From positions 4,928,001 through 4,992,000 of the forward strand of contig OZ244937.1 in assembly GCA_965222075.1 (NCBI GenBank): a stretch of DNA of 64,000 bases. The letters are read 5' to 3'. The stretch comes from Candidatus Latescibacterota bacterium (GTDB taxonomy: Bacteria; Latescibacterota; UBA2968; GCA-2709665). The notes beneath the pieces were generated by a model, which was not told where the DNA came from, did not search any database, and saw nothing but the letters and a program-made list of their open reading frames with translations. Each line of letters opens with the position of its first letter. Position 1 is the first letter of the stretch. Positions 38,284-47,987 of this stretch are shown in pieces. A program made the position numbers and the translations under genes.

Positions 38284-39576
38284 ATGGTAAACGGACATCA
38301 GATCGATATCGCTTTCGGCAGGGAGACGGTTCCGATTTGTGCCGATCCGGGGCTGGCGGAGTGGGAGGTGATCCGGCCTGCGTACGAGGCGGGGCTGCCA
38401 AATGCGAGAGCGCGGTTTCGGGAGGCGTGCTGCAGTCCGATTGCGTGTGAGCCGCTGCGTGAGGTGGTCTCGCCGGGCGACCGGGTGGTGATTGTGACGT
38501 CGGATGGGACGCGGCCGGTGCCGAACCGGGTGTTGATTCCCTGGATTTTGGAGGAGCTGCCGGTTCCCGTTGAGCAGGTGACGGTGCTGCTGGGCAATGG
38601 GACGCATCGGGCAAATACGGACGCGGAGATCGCCGAGATGTTCGGGGAGGAGATTGTGGGGAGGGTGGCGATATGCAATCACGACGGGTACGATCCGGAG
38701 CGGAATGCGTGGGTGGGGAAGACGGCCGGGGGGGCAGATGTTTTTCTGGACCGGGGCTACTTAGAAGCGGATAAGCGGATTGTAGTGGGGTTTATCGAAC
38801 CGCACTTTTTTGCGGGGTTTTCGGGGGGCGCGAAGGGTATTGCGCCGGGGGTGGCGGGCGTGGAGACGGTGCTTCGGCTGCACCGGGCGGAGTTGATCGC
38901 CGATCCGAGGAGTACGTGGGGCGTGCTGGCGGGGAATCCGATCCAGGAGGAGATCGCAGAGGCGGTGGGATTCTGCCCGCCCGATTTTATGGTGAATGTG
39001 ACGCTGAATTCGGATAAGGAGATGACGGCGTTTTACACAGGAGATTACCGGGAGGCCCACCGGCAGGGGTGCGCGGCGGTGAAGGCGTCGTCGATGGCGC
39101 CGGTGGTGGAGGCGTTTCCGGTGGTGGTGACGTCGAACAGCGGGTATCCACTGGACCAGAATCTGTATCAGACGGTGAAGGGGATTTCGGCGGCGGCGCG
39201 GGTGGTGGCGGACGGGGGGACGATCCTGGTGGCGAGCGAGTGCAGCGACGGGGTGCCGGACCACGGGAATTTCGCGCAGATTATGCAGACGGGGTGCTCG
39301 CCGGAAGCGGTGTTGAAGTCGATTTACGATCTGGAACGGCCGATCTTGGACCAGTGGCAGGCGCAGATTCTGGCCGGGATTTTAGAGCGGGCGGATGTGC
39401 GGGTTTACTCGCGGATGGAGCGAGCGGAGATTCGGGCCTGTAAGCTGGAGGTTGCGGAGGATCTGGACGGGGCGTTGCGGGAGCGAATCGAGGCGGTGGG
39501 GAAAGGGGCGCGGGTGGCGGTTCTGCCCGATGGGCCGCTGACGATTCCATATTTGGAGGGAGATGGTTTTTCATAG
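38284..39576 (+). CDS. larA: Nickel-pincer-dependent lactate racemase family protein (LarA homolog)
   Basis: SDGTRP, GTHR, IEPHFFAGFSGGAKG, GYPLDQNLYQTVKG. Confidence 0.88.
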   Translation: MVNGHQIDIAFGRETVPICADPGLAEWEVIRPAYEAGLPNARARFREACCSPIACEPLREVVSPGDRVVIVTSDGTRPVPNRVLIPWILEELPVPVEQVTVLLGNGTHRANTDAEIAEMFGEEIVGRVAICNHDGYDPERNAWVGKTAGGADVFLDRGYLEADKRIVVGFIEPHFFAGFSGGAKGIAPGVAGVETVLRLHRAELIADPRSTWGVLAGNPIQEEIAEAVGFCPPDFMVNVTLNSDKEMTAFYTGDYREAHRQGCAAVKASSMAPVVEAFPVVVTSNSGYPLDQNLYQTVKGISAAARVVADGGTILVASECSDGVPDHGNFAQIMQTGCSPEAVLKSIYDLERPILDQWQAQILAGILERADVRVYSRMERAEIRACKLEVAEDLDGALRERIEAVGKGARVAVLPDGPLTIPYLEGDGFS

Positions 39577-39588
39577 AGGAGTGGGGCG

Positions 39589-42144
39589 ATGGCGAAGCGA
39601 CAGGAGGTTCGGCTGCGGGTTTCGGAGTCGGCGGGAATTTCCCGGGAGAACTGGCCGGTGACGCGGGGGGTACCGCTACCCAAGGGGGCGCTGGGGAATC
39701 TGGATTCGGTGGGGGTGGAGGATGCGGACGGACGTACGGTCCCCGCGCAGTTCCGGGTGCTGAGCCGGTGGCCGGAGGGGAGTTTGAAGTGGGTGTTGAG
39801 CGATTTTCAGGCGGATGTACCGGCGAACGGGGAGGCGGTTTATACCTTCTGTTATGGAGGGGAAAAAACGGACGTTTCGCCTGCGGCGTCGGTTCAGATC
39901 TGGGAGGGGGCGGAGCAGATTACGGTCTGTACCGGGCCGTTGCGGTTCGGGGTGAGCCTGCGACGGTTTTCCCTGGTGGAATTCGTGGAGTTGGGAAAGA
40001 TGGAGGCGGACGGCGTTTTTGTGCCTGAGGAGGAGGTGGTTGGACCGGAGGCCGCAGGAGAGGCGTGGGTGCGGATTTGCGAGTCGTTCCGGGACGATGA
40101 AGGGAAGCGGTACCTCTACGGGATGGGAGGGATGTGTCTGGCATCGCTGGCGGAGGACGCCTATTCCGTGCAGGTGGAGGAGGCCGGTCCGCTGCGGGTG
40201 GTGATCCGGTGTGAGGGGGCATTCGAGGGGGAGGCGCCGATGCACCATTACAGGGGGTACCGGCCGTTCCGTTTTGTGGTCCGGATTTACGCCTATGCGG
40301 GGCAGGCGACGCTGCGGGTGCTGCACACAGTGGTCGTGGCGTGCAACCCGAGGGAGACCGAGGTGGAGGAGATTGCCCTGCGAGCGCCGGCCTCACTGAG
40401 GGGAGAGGTGCGCTACCGGGCCGCGTCCCGGCTGCCGGTGGAGGATACGCTGGAGTTGGGCGCGTCTGTGCTACTGTCCCAGCGGCTGGACAACCACTTT
40501 TATTTAGACCGGCGTGCGGGGGAAGGCGTGCGGCGCCTCGCAGAGGGGGAGCGGACGGAGGGGTGGATGACGGTTGAGGATGCGCGGGTGGGGGTCGGGG
40601 TGGGGCTGCGCTATATGCCGGAGGAGTACCCAAAGGCGCTGGGAACGACAGGGACGGGCGAGGGGATTGATGTGTACCTGTGGCGGGACCCGGATGGGAA
40701 GCGGCTTTCGCTTAAGCGGTATGCCGAGGCAGTAACCTGGGAGGAGGGGGAGGGGGTGTACGCGGATGGGACGGGGACGGCGAAGACGAGTGAGTTTTTC
40801 GTCTGTTTTTACCGGACGGTGGAGGGGGGAAGCGTGCCGGCCCGGTTGTGCGGGTTTCTGCATCCGCCGGGTGTGGAGATTGATCCGGCGTGGACCGCAG
40901 CCTGCGAGGTGACGGGGGGGTTTGCGCCGGTCGATCCAAAGCGGTTTCCCGAGTCGGAGCGGATGATGGCGGGGTTTATAGACTGGATGGAGCGGAACAT
41001 CCGTCTGGGGAGGTGGTACGGATTTTTCGACTGGGGGGATGTGCTGGCGGCCTGGGAGGCGTCGAAGGGGGACTGGCGGTTTTACGGGCGGTGGGGCTGG
41101 TGCAACAGCGAGTGGGACCCCCGGCACGGGGTCTGGATCCAGTATCTTCGGACGGGGGAGGCGCGGCACTTCCGGCTGGGAGAGGCGATGACGCGGCATT
41201 CGGTGGATGTGGATACCTGCCACTTCCACCCGTTCCGGCCCTATATGGTGGGGGGCTGCTTCCGGCACAGCGTGGACCATTTTGGAGACGAGCCCTGCGC
41301 GTCGCATACGTTTGTGGACAACTGGGTGGATTACTACTATCTTACCGGTGACCTGCGAACCTACGAGGTGCTGCAGGAGGCGGGGGCGTTCTTTTTGCGT
41401 TTTCGGTGGACGGAGGATGCGGCCTACAGTTTCAGCCTGCGGGGGATTGCGAATGCGCTGCGGGGGCTGCTCTACGTCTACGAGGTAACGGGGGAGGACC
41501 GGTTTAAGGAACGCGCCGAAGAGGTCTATGCCGTGATTGCGCGAGGGCAGAACGAGGATGGAAGCTGGCACAAGCGTTTTCAGGTTTCCACGCCGGACAG
41601 GCTCCCGGACCAGGGCCCCTACGGGATGGCGACGGAGGGGACGACCCTGGCGGTGGAGATGGGGGCGGCGTCGGCGTTTACGGATGACGAATTCCGGAAA
41701 TTGAGGGGGACGGACAGAGGCCTGATCCGCGTGCTGCCGCTGGAGGAACAGAAGGGTTACCAGACGCATTATCTGATGATCGGGCTGGAGCTGCTGCACC
41801 GGCTGAGGGGAGGGGAGGATGTGGCAGGGGTCTATTGCCGGGCGGTCGACTGGTTCTGCGGCGGTGAGAAAACGTGGGATGCGGAGGTGGCCATCCGCGA
41901 GTGCTACGGCGGCGTGATCTGCCGCCACCTGGGGTACGCCTTCCATCTGACGGGGGACCGGCGCTACCTGGAGGTCGGCCGGAAGGTGCTGCGGCTGTTG
42001 ATCGATCAGCAGGACTGGAGCGAGGATCCGATGCAGCACGGGGCGGTTTCGATGAATCCCACACACGTGAGTACGCTGTTTTTCGGGGCGCCGTTTTTAC
42101 TCGGGATGATGCGAGAAGCAGGGATGGAGGAGCGGGATTCCTGA
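39589..42144 (+). CDS. YetA/PcRGLX-like (PL26 exo-rhamnogalacturonan lyase-like) protein
   Basis: PVTRGVPLPKG, RWPEGSLKW, EEAGPLR, WYGFFDWGD, WCNSE, H..DVD. Confidence 0.7.
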   Translation: MAKRQEVRLRVSESAGISRENWPVTRGVPLPKGALGNLDSVGVEDADGRTVPAQFRVLSRWPEGSLKWVLSDFQADVPANGEAVYTFCYGGEKTDVSPAASVQIWEGAEQITVCTGPLRFGVSLRRFSLVEFVELGKMEADGVFVPEEEVVGPEAAGEAWVRICESFRDDEGKRYLYGMGGMCLASLAEDAYSVQVEEAGPLRVVIRCEGAFEGEAPMHHYRGYRPFRFVVRIYAYAGQATLRVLHTVVVACNPRETEVEEIALRAPASLRGEVRYRAASRLPVEDTLELGASVLLSQRLDNHFYLDRRAGEGVRRLAEGERTEGWMTVEDARVGVGVGLRYMPEEYPKALGTTGTGEGIDVYLWRDPDGKRLSLKRYAEAVTWEEGEGVYADGTGTAKTSEFFVCFYRTVEGGSVPARLCGFLHPPGVEIDPAWTAACEVTGGFAPVDPKRFPESERMMAGFIDWMERNIRLGRWYGFFDWGDVLAAWEASKGDWRFYGRWGWCNSEWDPRHGVWIQYLRTGEARHFRLGEAMTRHSVDVDTCHFHPFRPYMVGGCFRHSVDHFGDEPCASHTFVDNWVDYYYLTGDLRTYEVLQEAGAFFLRFRWTEDAAYSFSLRGIANALRGLLYVYEVTGEDRFKERAEEVYAVIARGQNEDGSWHKRFQVSTPDRLPDQGPYGMATEGTTLAVEMGAASAFTDDEFRKLRGTDRGLIRVLPLEEQKGYQTHYLMIGLELLHRLRGGEDVAGVYCRAVDWFCGGEKTWDAEVAIRECYGGVICRHLGYAFHLTGDRRYLEVGRKVLRLLIDQQDWSEDPMQHGAVSMNPTHVSTLFFGAPFLLGMMREAGMEERDS

Positions 42145-42179
42145 AAGGGCGGCGGCAGGAGGAAACAGGGAGAGGTTCT

Positions 42180-43289
42180 ATGAAAAAGACCTGCAGGGTC
42201 GGTCTGGTGGGATGTGGTGGGATGGGGCGCCACCACCTTGGTGTGATACAGGATCTGCCCGGGTTCGAAATCGCCGCGATCTGTGATGTTTTTCCGGAGG
42301 CCCTGGAGCAGAGCGGAGAGACATTTGCGGTGGCTGCGCGGTACGAGAATTTTGAGAAGATGTACGACGAGGTGGAGCCGGATATCGTGACCGTGACCAC
42401 GCAGACGCGCGGACATTACGCGCCGACGGTGGCGGCGTTGACGCGCGGGATTTCCGTGCTGTGCGAGAAGCCGATCGCCATTGATCTCGCCGAGGCGGAT
42501 GAGATGGTGGAGGCCGGACAGACCTCCGGCGCCAGGCTGGCCGTAAACCATCAGGGCCGCGTGAGTCCCGGCGTTCGCAAGGCCCAGGAGCTGGTCCGGC
42601 AGGGGGTGATCGGCGATCCGGTGATGGTGCGGGGGCGAAACAAGTGCGGACGGAAGAGCGGCAATGAGTTTATGGAGATGGGCACCCATGTGACGGATAT
42701 GATGCTGTGCTTTGTAAGCATTCCGGAATGGTGCGCAGGGACGGTGTACTACCAGGGCCGTCTGGCCCGGCCTCAGGACATTATGGAGGCCAGGGAGATG
42801 TCGCCCCGGGACCGGGACTCGGGGCCGGTGATGGGTGACCGGGCAGTGGGGCAGTACGGGTTTGAGGGCGGCATTTTAGGCGAAATCCACTTTTTGGGGT
42901 ATGAGCGGAACCTGAACAGAAATTTTGGGGTGGATGTTCTGGGCACCGAGGGCCAGCTGACGGTGCGGACGGCGGACGATGTGACGAAAAGTCTGTGGCA
43001 TCTGCCCAGGCCGATGGAAGGGCTGCCGTCCGAGCTGGGCGACTGGCGGCCCGTGGACCTGAGCGATATGGGGGATGAAACGTCGCTTGCCACCATGTAC
43101 CGGCGGCTGGCGGAGGCGACTGAAGCGGATACGGAACCGCCCAGCAGCGGGGAGGAAGGCCGCCTGGCCTTCGAGATGATCCTGGGCATCTACCAGTCGC
43201 ACCGGGAGGGCGGGGGCCGGGTGGCGCTGCCGCTGTCCGAACGCCGGCACCCGCTGGAGGTGTGGCGGAGCGCGGCGGTCGAGGCATGA
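42180..43289 (+). CDS. Gfo/Idh/MocA oxidoreductase
   Basis: GLVGCGGMG, VLCEKP, GTH..D. Confidence 0.9.
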   Translation: MKKTCRVGLVGCGGMGRHHLGVIQDLPGFEIAAICDVFPEALEQSGETFAVAARYENFEKMYDEVEPDIVTVTTQTRGHYAPTVAALTRGISVLCEKPIAIDLAEADEMVEAGQTSGARLAVNHQGRVSPGVRKAQELVRQGVIGDPVMVRGRNKCGRKSGNEFMEMGTHVTDMMLCFVSIPEWCAGTVYYQGRLARPQDIMEAREMSPRDRDSGPVMGDRAVGQYGFEGGILGEIHFLGYERNLNRNFGVDVLGTEGQLTVRTADDVTKSLWHLPRPMEGLPSELGDWRPVDLSDMGDETSLATMYRRLAEATEADTEPPSSGEEGRLAFEMILGIYQSHREGGGRVALPLSERRHPLEVWRSAAVEA

Positions 43290-43425
43290 AGTGGTGAACG
43301 ACGTGGCATGTCTTCGGGACTGGCTCCAGGAAGGGCTGGCGCTGGTCGAACACGCGCCGAGGGCGGCCAACGGCAGGAAACGGATTGCATCGGCCAGGTA
43401 GCCGGGCGGACCTGGAGGTGTCAAG

Positions 43426-44160
43426 ATGCGGTTAAGGAAGAAGGCGGTTGTGGTGACGGGCGCGGCGTCGGGGATCGGGCGGGCAGCGGCGCTGTGCTGT
43501 GCGCGGGAGGGGGCGTGGGTCGGGGTTCTGGATCTGGACCGGGAAGGGGTTGAGGCGACGGTGGGGGAGATCAGGGCGTTGGGCGGCACGGCACACGGCA
43601 TCGGGGTGGACGTGCGTGAGGAGGCCGGGGTGAGGGCCGCGATGGAGGCGGTGGAAGAGGCGTTCGGGCGGATCGACGGGCTGATCCACACGGCCGGGGT
43701 TCTGGAGGGGGCGCTGGTGGAGGTGGACCTGTTTGAAGAAGAGACCTGGGACCGGGTGATCGACGTGAATCTGAAGGGGAGTTTTCTGGCGGCGAAGTAC
43801 GCAGCGCCGGCGATGGAGCGGGCGGGGTGCGGGGTGCTGGTGCTGATTTCCTCGGGGGCGGGCGTGAGGGGGGGGAGTTCGTCCGTGGCCTACGGGGCGA
43901 GCAAGGGAGGTGTGCACGGGCTTTCCCTGGTGCTGGCGGCACAGCTGGCGCCCCGAAATATCCGGGTGCACGCGGTCTGCCCGGGAAATATCGAGACGCC
44001 GCTGAAGATGCGGGTGGTGGAAAAGCAGGCGCGAAAGGCCGGCCGGCCGCTGGAGGAGATGAAGGCAGGACTGGGAGCGCCGGAGGGCGTGGGGAAGGTA
44101 CTGGCGTTCCTGGTGTCGGACGAGGCGGACTACGTGCGGGGGACGATCTTTACACGGTAG
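43426..44160 (+). CDS. Short-chain dehydrogenase/reductase
   Basis: TGAASGIG, YGASK, CPG. Confidence 0.9.
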   Translation: MRLRKKAVVVTGAASGIGRAAALCCAREGAWVGVLDLDREGVEATVGEIRALGGTAHGIGVDVREEAGVRAAMEAVEEAFGRIDGLIHTAGVLEGALVEVDLFEEETWDRVIDVNLKGSFLAAKYAAPAMERAGCGVLVLISSGAGVRGGSSSVAYGASKGGVHGLSLVLAAQLAPRNIRVHAVCPGNIETPLKMRVVEKQARKAGRPLEEMKAGLGAPEGVGKVLAFLVSDEADYVRGTIFTR

Positions 44161-44174
44161 CGCAGGAGGTTGCC

Positions 44175-45047
44175 ATGAAGGAACTCAAAGGAATGTGCTC
44201 GGCGTTGTGTACTCCCTTTACAGACGACGGAGAACAGGTTGACGAAACGGCGTTGAGAAACCATCTCGATGCTATGATCGAGGCCGGAATACACATCATC
44301 CTGGTTTGTGGGGGGACCGGCGAATTTGCATACCTGCGGTCTGAAGAACGCAGGCGGATCGCCGAGATCGCTTCGAAACATATTGATGGCAGGGCGGGAT
44401 TGGTGGTGATGACATCGGCGATCAATACGGCAGATGCGATCGAGTTTTCCAGGCACGCCGAAGGCGTTGGGGCAGACTGTCTGCTGATTCTGCCGCCCTA
44501 TTTCGAGGGGCCCGACAACGATGGCGTCGTCTATCACTTCGAGAAGATATCCGGGGCTATCAACATTCCGATTATGGTCTACAATATTCCGGTGCATTCG
44601 GGCATTGATATTACTCCGGAGCTTTTTAAGCGTCTCAGGGAGATCGAGAACGTTCAGTACATTAAAGACAGTACCGCCGATCTTGTCCGGATCCAGGAAC
44701 TGCTCGCCATTGGGGCAAACGTGTTCAACGGAGGCGATCCGATCGCTTTCTTCAGCCTGCTGGCCGGATGCCCCGGATGTGTATGGGGCGCCTGCAACGC
44801 GATGCCGAAGGAGTCTGTGGATCTTTACAATTTTGTCGTTTCAGGAAGGCTGGAAGAGGCGAGGGGTCTCTGGAAGCGCATGTTGCCCACCAATCTGTTT
44901 TTCTGGACCCACGTGTACAATGTAGCCGTTAAAGCGGCAACGAATTTGTCCGGCAGAAAAGTGGGACCCTGCCGTAAGCCTCTCCAACCTCTGGCGGATT
45001 CTGAGATGAGGGAATTGAAGGAAGCCATGGAGCCTCTGGGGATATAA
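44175..45047 (+). CDS. Dihydrodipicolinate synthase (DapA)-family lyase/aldolase
   Basis: TPF, GGTGEF, YNIP, IKDS. Confidence 0.9.
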   Translation: MKELKGMCSALCTPFTDDGEQVDETALRNHLDAMIEAGIHIILVCGGTGEFAYLRSEERRRIAEIASKHIDGRAGLVVMTSAINTADAIEFSRHAEGVGADCLLILPPYFEGPDNDGVVYHFEKISGAINIPIMVYNIPVHSGIDITPELFKRLREIENVQYIKDSTADLVRIQELLAIGANVFNGGDPIAFFSLLAGCPGCVWGACNAMPKESVDLYNFVVSGRLEEARGLWKRMLPTNLFFWTHVYNVAVKAATNLSGRKVGPCRKPLQPLADSEMRELKEAMEPLGI

Positions 45048-45146
45048 CCTCACGGTCTTGTTGCGATCCGGGAGCATTTTTGTGGTAATGTTGACGTCCG
45101 ACATTATAGACGACTATTTAACAGATTTCAGAAAGCGGGGGTTGAG

Positions 45147-46430
45147 ATGGAAGGTACGGTGAAGATCGCGTTGATCGGCGCGGGGATGTTCGGAGGGGAT
45201 GTGCATGCCCGGGCGTTTGCAGACCTGCAGCGGGTGGGGATCAGCGGAAATCTGGGGCGCGTGGGGCTGGATCGGTGGGCGCGAGACCTGGCCGATGTCC
45301 GGTTTTCGCTGGTGGCGGTGGCGACGCGGTCGGAGGCGTCGGCGATTCGGGCGCAGCGCGATTACAGTGCGTGGACGGGGTACGAGCCGAAACCTTACTG
45401 GGGAGAGACGCCCTGGGAGGAGGTGCTGAAGGATTTTCCCGACCTGGACGTGATGGCGGTGGCGACGCCGGACCACCTGCACACCGAGGTGACCTTAGCC
45501 GCGCTGAGGAACGGGACGCACGTGATTATGGAGAAGCCGATGTGCCTTTCCATCGATGAGGCGGACCAGATTGTGACCCTGGCGCGGGAGAAGGGGCTGG
45601 TGGCGGCCGTGGATATGCACAAGCGATACGATCCGGATCACCTCCGTATCCAGCACGATATCGCAGAACGGATCGGGGAACCGATCTACGGACAGGCGGT
45701 GCTGGAAGAGCCGCTGGAGGTGTCCACCAGCACGTTCAAGTGGGCCGAGCAGAGCGATCCGTTCAGCTATGTGGGGCCACACTGGACGGACCTGATCTAC
45801 AACTACTACCGGAGCAAGCCGGTGTCGCTGACGGCGGTGGGCCAGAAGAAGCGGCTGGTGAGAGATGGGATCAACGCCTACGATGCGGTGCAGGTGCGGG
45901 TGGATTTTGACAACGGGATGAGCATCTATTTTCAAAATAACTGGATTACGCCGGACGATTTTGAGGGACCGGTGAACCAGGGACACGAGATCGTGGGGAC
46001 GGAGGGGAAGGTGGAGTCGGACCAGCAGTACCGCGGCCTGCGTTTCTGGTCAAACGGCGGGGGCAGCCGCACAGTCAATAACCACATGACGCGGGATGTG
46101 AAGCGTCCGGACGATTCGGATGTTTATATTGGCTACGGCGTTGACAGCATTACCGTGGGGCTTGTGGCGGTCTGCCGAATGAAGTTCCTCGGAGAGGCGC
46201 GGGAGGATGTGGACGGGATCTATCCGACGCCGGAGGATGGGCGGATTACGGTGGCGATTGTGCACGCAGCCCGGCTGGTCCGAGACCTGAATTTCAAGTA
46301 TCTTCAGGAGGGAAAGGGCGCCCCGGTGACGGCCCGGTTCGGGGAGGACGGGATTACGATTGTTGACCCGAATCGGATTGAGGAAGGGCCGGAGGCGGTG
46401 TTTGAGCGGATTTACCATAAGCCGATATAA
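45147..46430 (+). CDS. Gfo/Idh/MocA oxidoreductase
   Basis: GAGMFG, ATPDHLH, MEKP, HKRYDP. Confidence 0.88.
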   Translation: MEGTVKIALIGAGMFGGDVHARAFADLQRVGISGNLGRVGLDRWARDLADVRFSLVAVATRSEASAIRAQRDYSAWTGYEPKPYWGETPWEEVLKDFPDLDVMAVATPDHLHTEVTLAALRNGTHVIMEKPMCLSIDEADQIVTLAREKGLVAAVDMHKRYDPDHLRIQHDIAERIGEPIYGQAVLEEPLEVSTSTFKWAEQSDPFSYVGPHWTDLIYNYYRSKPVSLTAVGQKKRLVRDGINAYDAVQVRVDFDNGMSIYFQNNWITPDDFEGPVNQGHEIVGTEGKVESDQQYRGLRFWSNGGGSRTVNNHMTRDVKRPDDSDVYIGYGVDSITVGLVAVCRMKFLGEAREDVDGIYPTPEDGRITVAIVHAARLVRDLNFKYLQEGKGAPVTARFGEDGITIVDPNRIEEGPEAVFERIYHKPI

Positions 46431-46534
46431 AAACCCGAACCGGACCTGGAATTCAGGCGTTTTGTTCGTTCGCCGCAGGGGCGTAGTGCTGTGCGTCCGG
46501 GCGAGGCATCTCCGGTTTGGCTTGGAGGTTTTCA

Positions 46535-47911
46535 ATGGGCAAGGAGTTCGATATTACACCCCGGGAGGTGCCCCGGGTGGAGACGAAGTACAGGCGGATT
46601 GTGACGCCGCTGCCGGCTCCGGCGTCGCTGGAGACGCTGGAGACGCTGCGGAGGGTAGAGCCGATTTCGATGCGGGGGCAGCCACCGGTGGTGTGGGACA
46701 AGGCGGAGGATGTGCAGGTTTATGACAAGTACGGGAATATGTGGTTGGACTGGAGTTCCGGGGTGCTGGTGACCAATGCCGGGCACGGGATGCCGGAGGT
46801 GCGGCAGGCGATTCTCGACCAGGTGAACAGCGGGCTGCTGCACAATTACTGTTTTCCAAGCGAGGAACGCGCGCAGCTTGTGGACTACTTAGCCGGGCTG
46901 GCGCCGGAGGGACTGGACAAGGTGTTTTTGCTGACCACAGGGTCCGAGGCGACGGAGAATGCCATCAAGCTGGCCCGTACCTATGGGATAGAAAAGGGCG
47001 GTAAGGAGAAGATCGGGTTTGTGGGGTTTGAACGGGGATTCCACGGGCGTACGCTGGGGGCGCAGCAGGCGGGGGGGATGCCCGGGCAGAAGGATTGGAT
47101 TGTGAACGATGACCCGGCGATTGTGCAGGTACCTTTCCCGGACGGGTACTGGACGGAGAATGTGGATTTTGACCACTTCTGCACGTCGCTGGAGCAGAAG
47201 GGGCTGGCGCCGGACCAGGTGGCGGGCGTGATGCTGGAGACCTACCAGGGCGTGGGGCCGGATTTTACGCCGGTGGAGTACATCCGGGCCTTGGCGGAGT
47301 GGTGCAGGGCGTACGACGCTCTGTTGATTTTTGATGAGGTACAGGCGGGGTTCGGACGGACAGGGAGAATGTGGGGGTTTGAACACTACGGGGTGACGCC
47401 CGATCTGATCTGCTTTGGGAAGGGGGTGAGCAGTTCCCTGCCGCTGTCGGGGGTGATCGGACGGGGGGAGGTTATGGATCTGTATCCGTCGGGGTCCATG
47501 ACGAGTACGCATACGGGAAATCCGGTGTGTGCGGCAGCCGCACTGGCGAGCCTGAAGAAGATCGTGGAGGAGGACCTGGCGGGGAATGCCGCGCGGCTGG
47601 AGGGGGTTTTAATGGGAGGGCTGAGGGGGATTCAGGAGCGGCACACCGATGTGATTGGCAACTGTACGGGCCGGGGGCTGGTGGCAGGCTTGCAGATGGT
47701 CAAGAAGGGGAAAAAGGAGCCGGATGCGGACATGGCGTTCGATGTGGTGGAACGCTGTTTTCACAAGGGGCTGCTTTTCTTTGCGCCGGTGGGCTCGTGG
47801 GGGCAGACGGTGAAGATTTCACCGCCTCTGACGATTTCCCAGGAGGCGGTGGAGGAGGGGATAGGGGTTCTGGGTGAGGTGGTGGACGAGGCGGTCGAGG
47901 CGATGGGTTGA
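46535..47911 (+). CDS. Class III PLP aminotransferase (GabT-like)
   Basis: TTGSEATENA, FHGRT, DEVQAGFGRTG, FGKG. Confidence 0.9.
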   Translation: MGKEFDITPREVPRVETKYRRIVTPLPAPASLETLETLRRVEPISMRGQPPVVWDKAEDVQVYDKYGNMWLDWSSGVLVTNAGHGMPEVRQAILDQVNSGLLHNYCFPSEERAQLVDYLAGLAPEGLDKVFLLTTGSEATENAIKLARTYGIEKGGKEKIGFVGFERGFHGRTLGAQQAGGMPGQKDWIVNDDPAIVQVPFPDGYWTENVDFDHFCTSLEQKGLAPDQVAGVMLETYQGVGPDFTPVEYIRALAEWCRAYDALLIFDEVQAGFGRTGRMWGFEHYGVTPDLICFGKGVSSSLPLSGVIGRGEVMDLYPSGSMTSTHTGNPVCAAAALASLKKIVEEDLAGNAARLEGVLMGGLRGIQERHTDVIGNCTGRGLVAGLQMVKKGKKEPDADMAFDVVERCFHKGLLFFAPVGSWGQTVKISPPLTISQEAVEEGIGVLGEVVDEAVEAMG

Positions 47912-47987
47912 AGGGGATTTTTGAACCGGAGAGACCGCAGAGAATTGAACCTTGAACATTAAGCAGAGCGCCAGGAATAGAGGGGCT

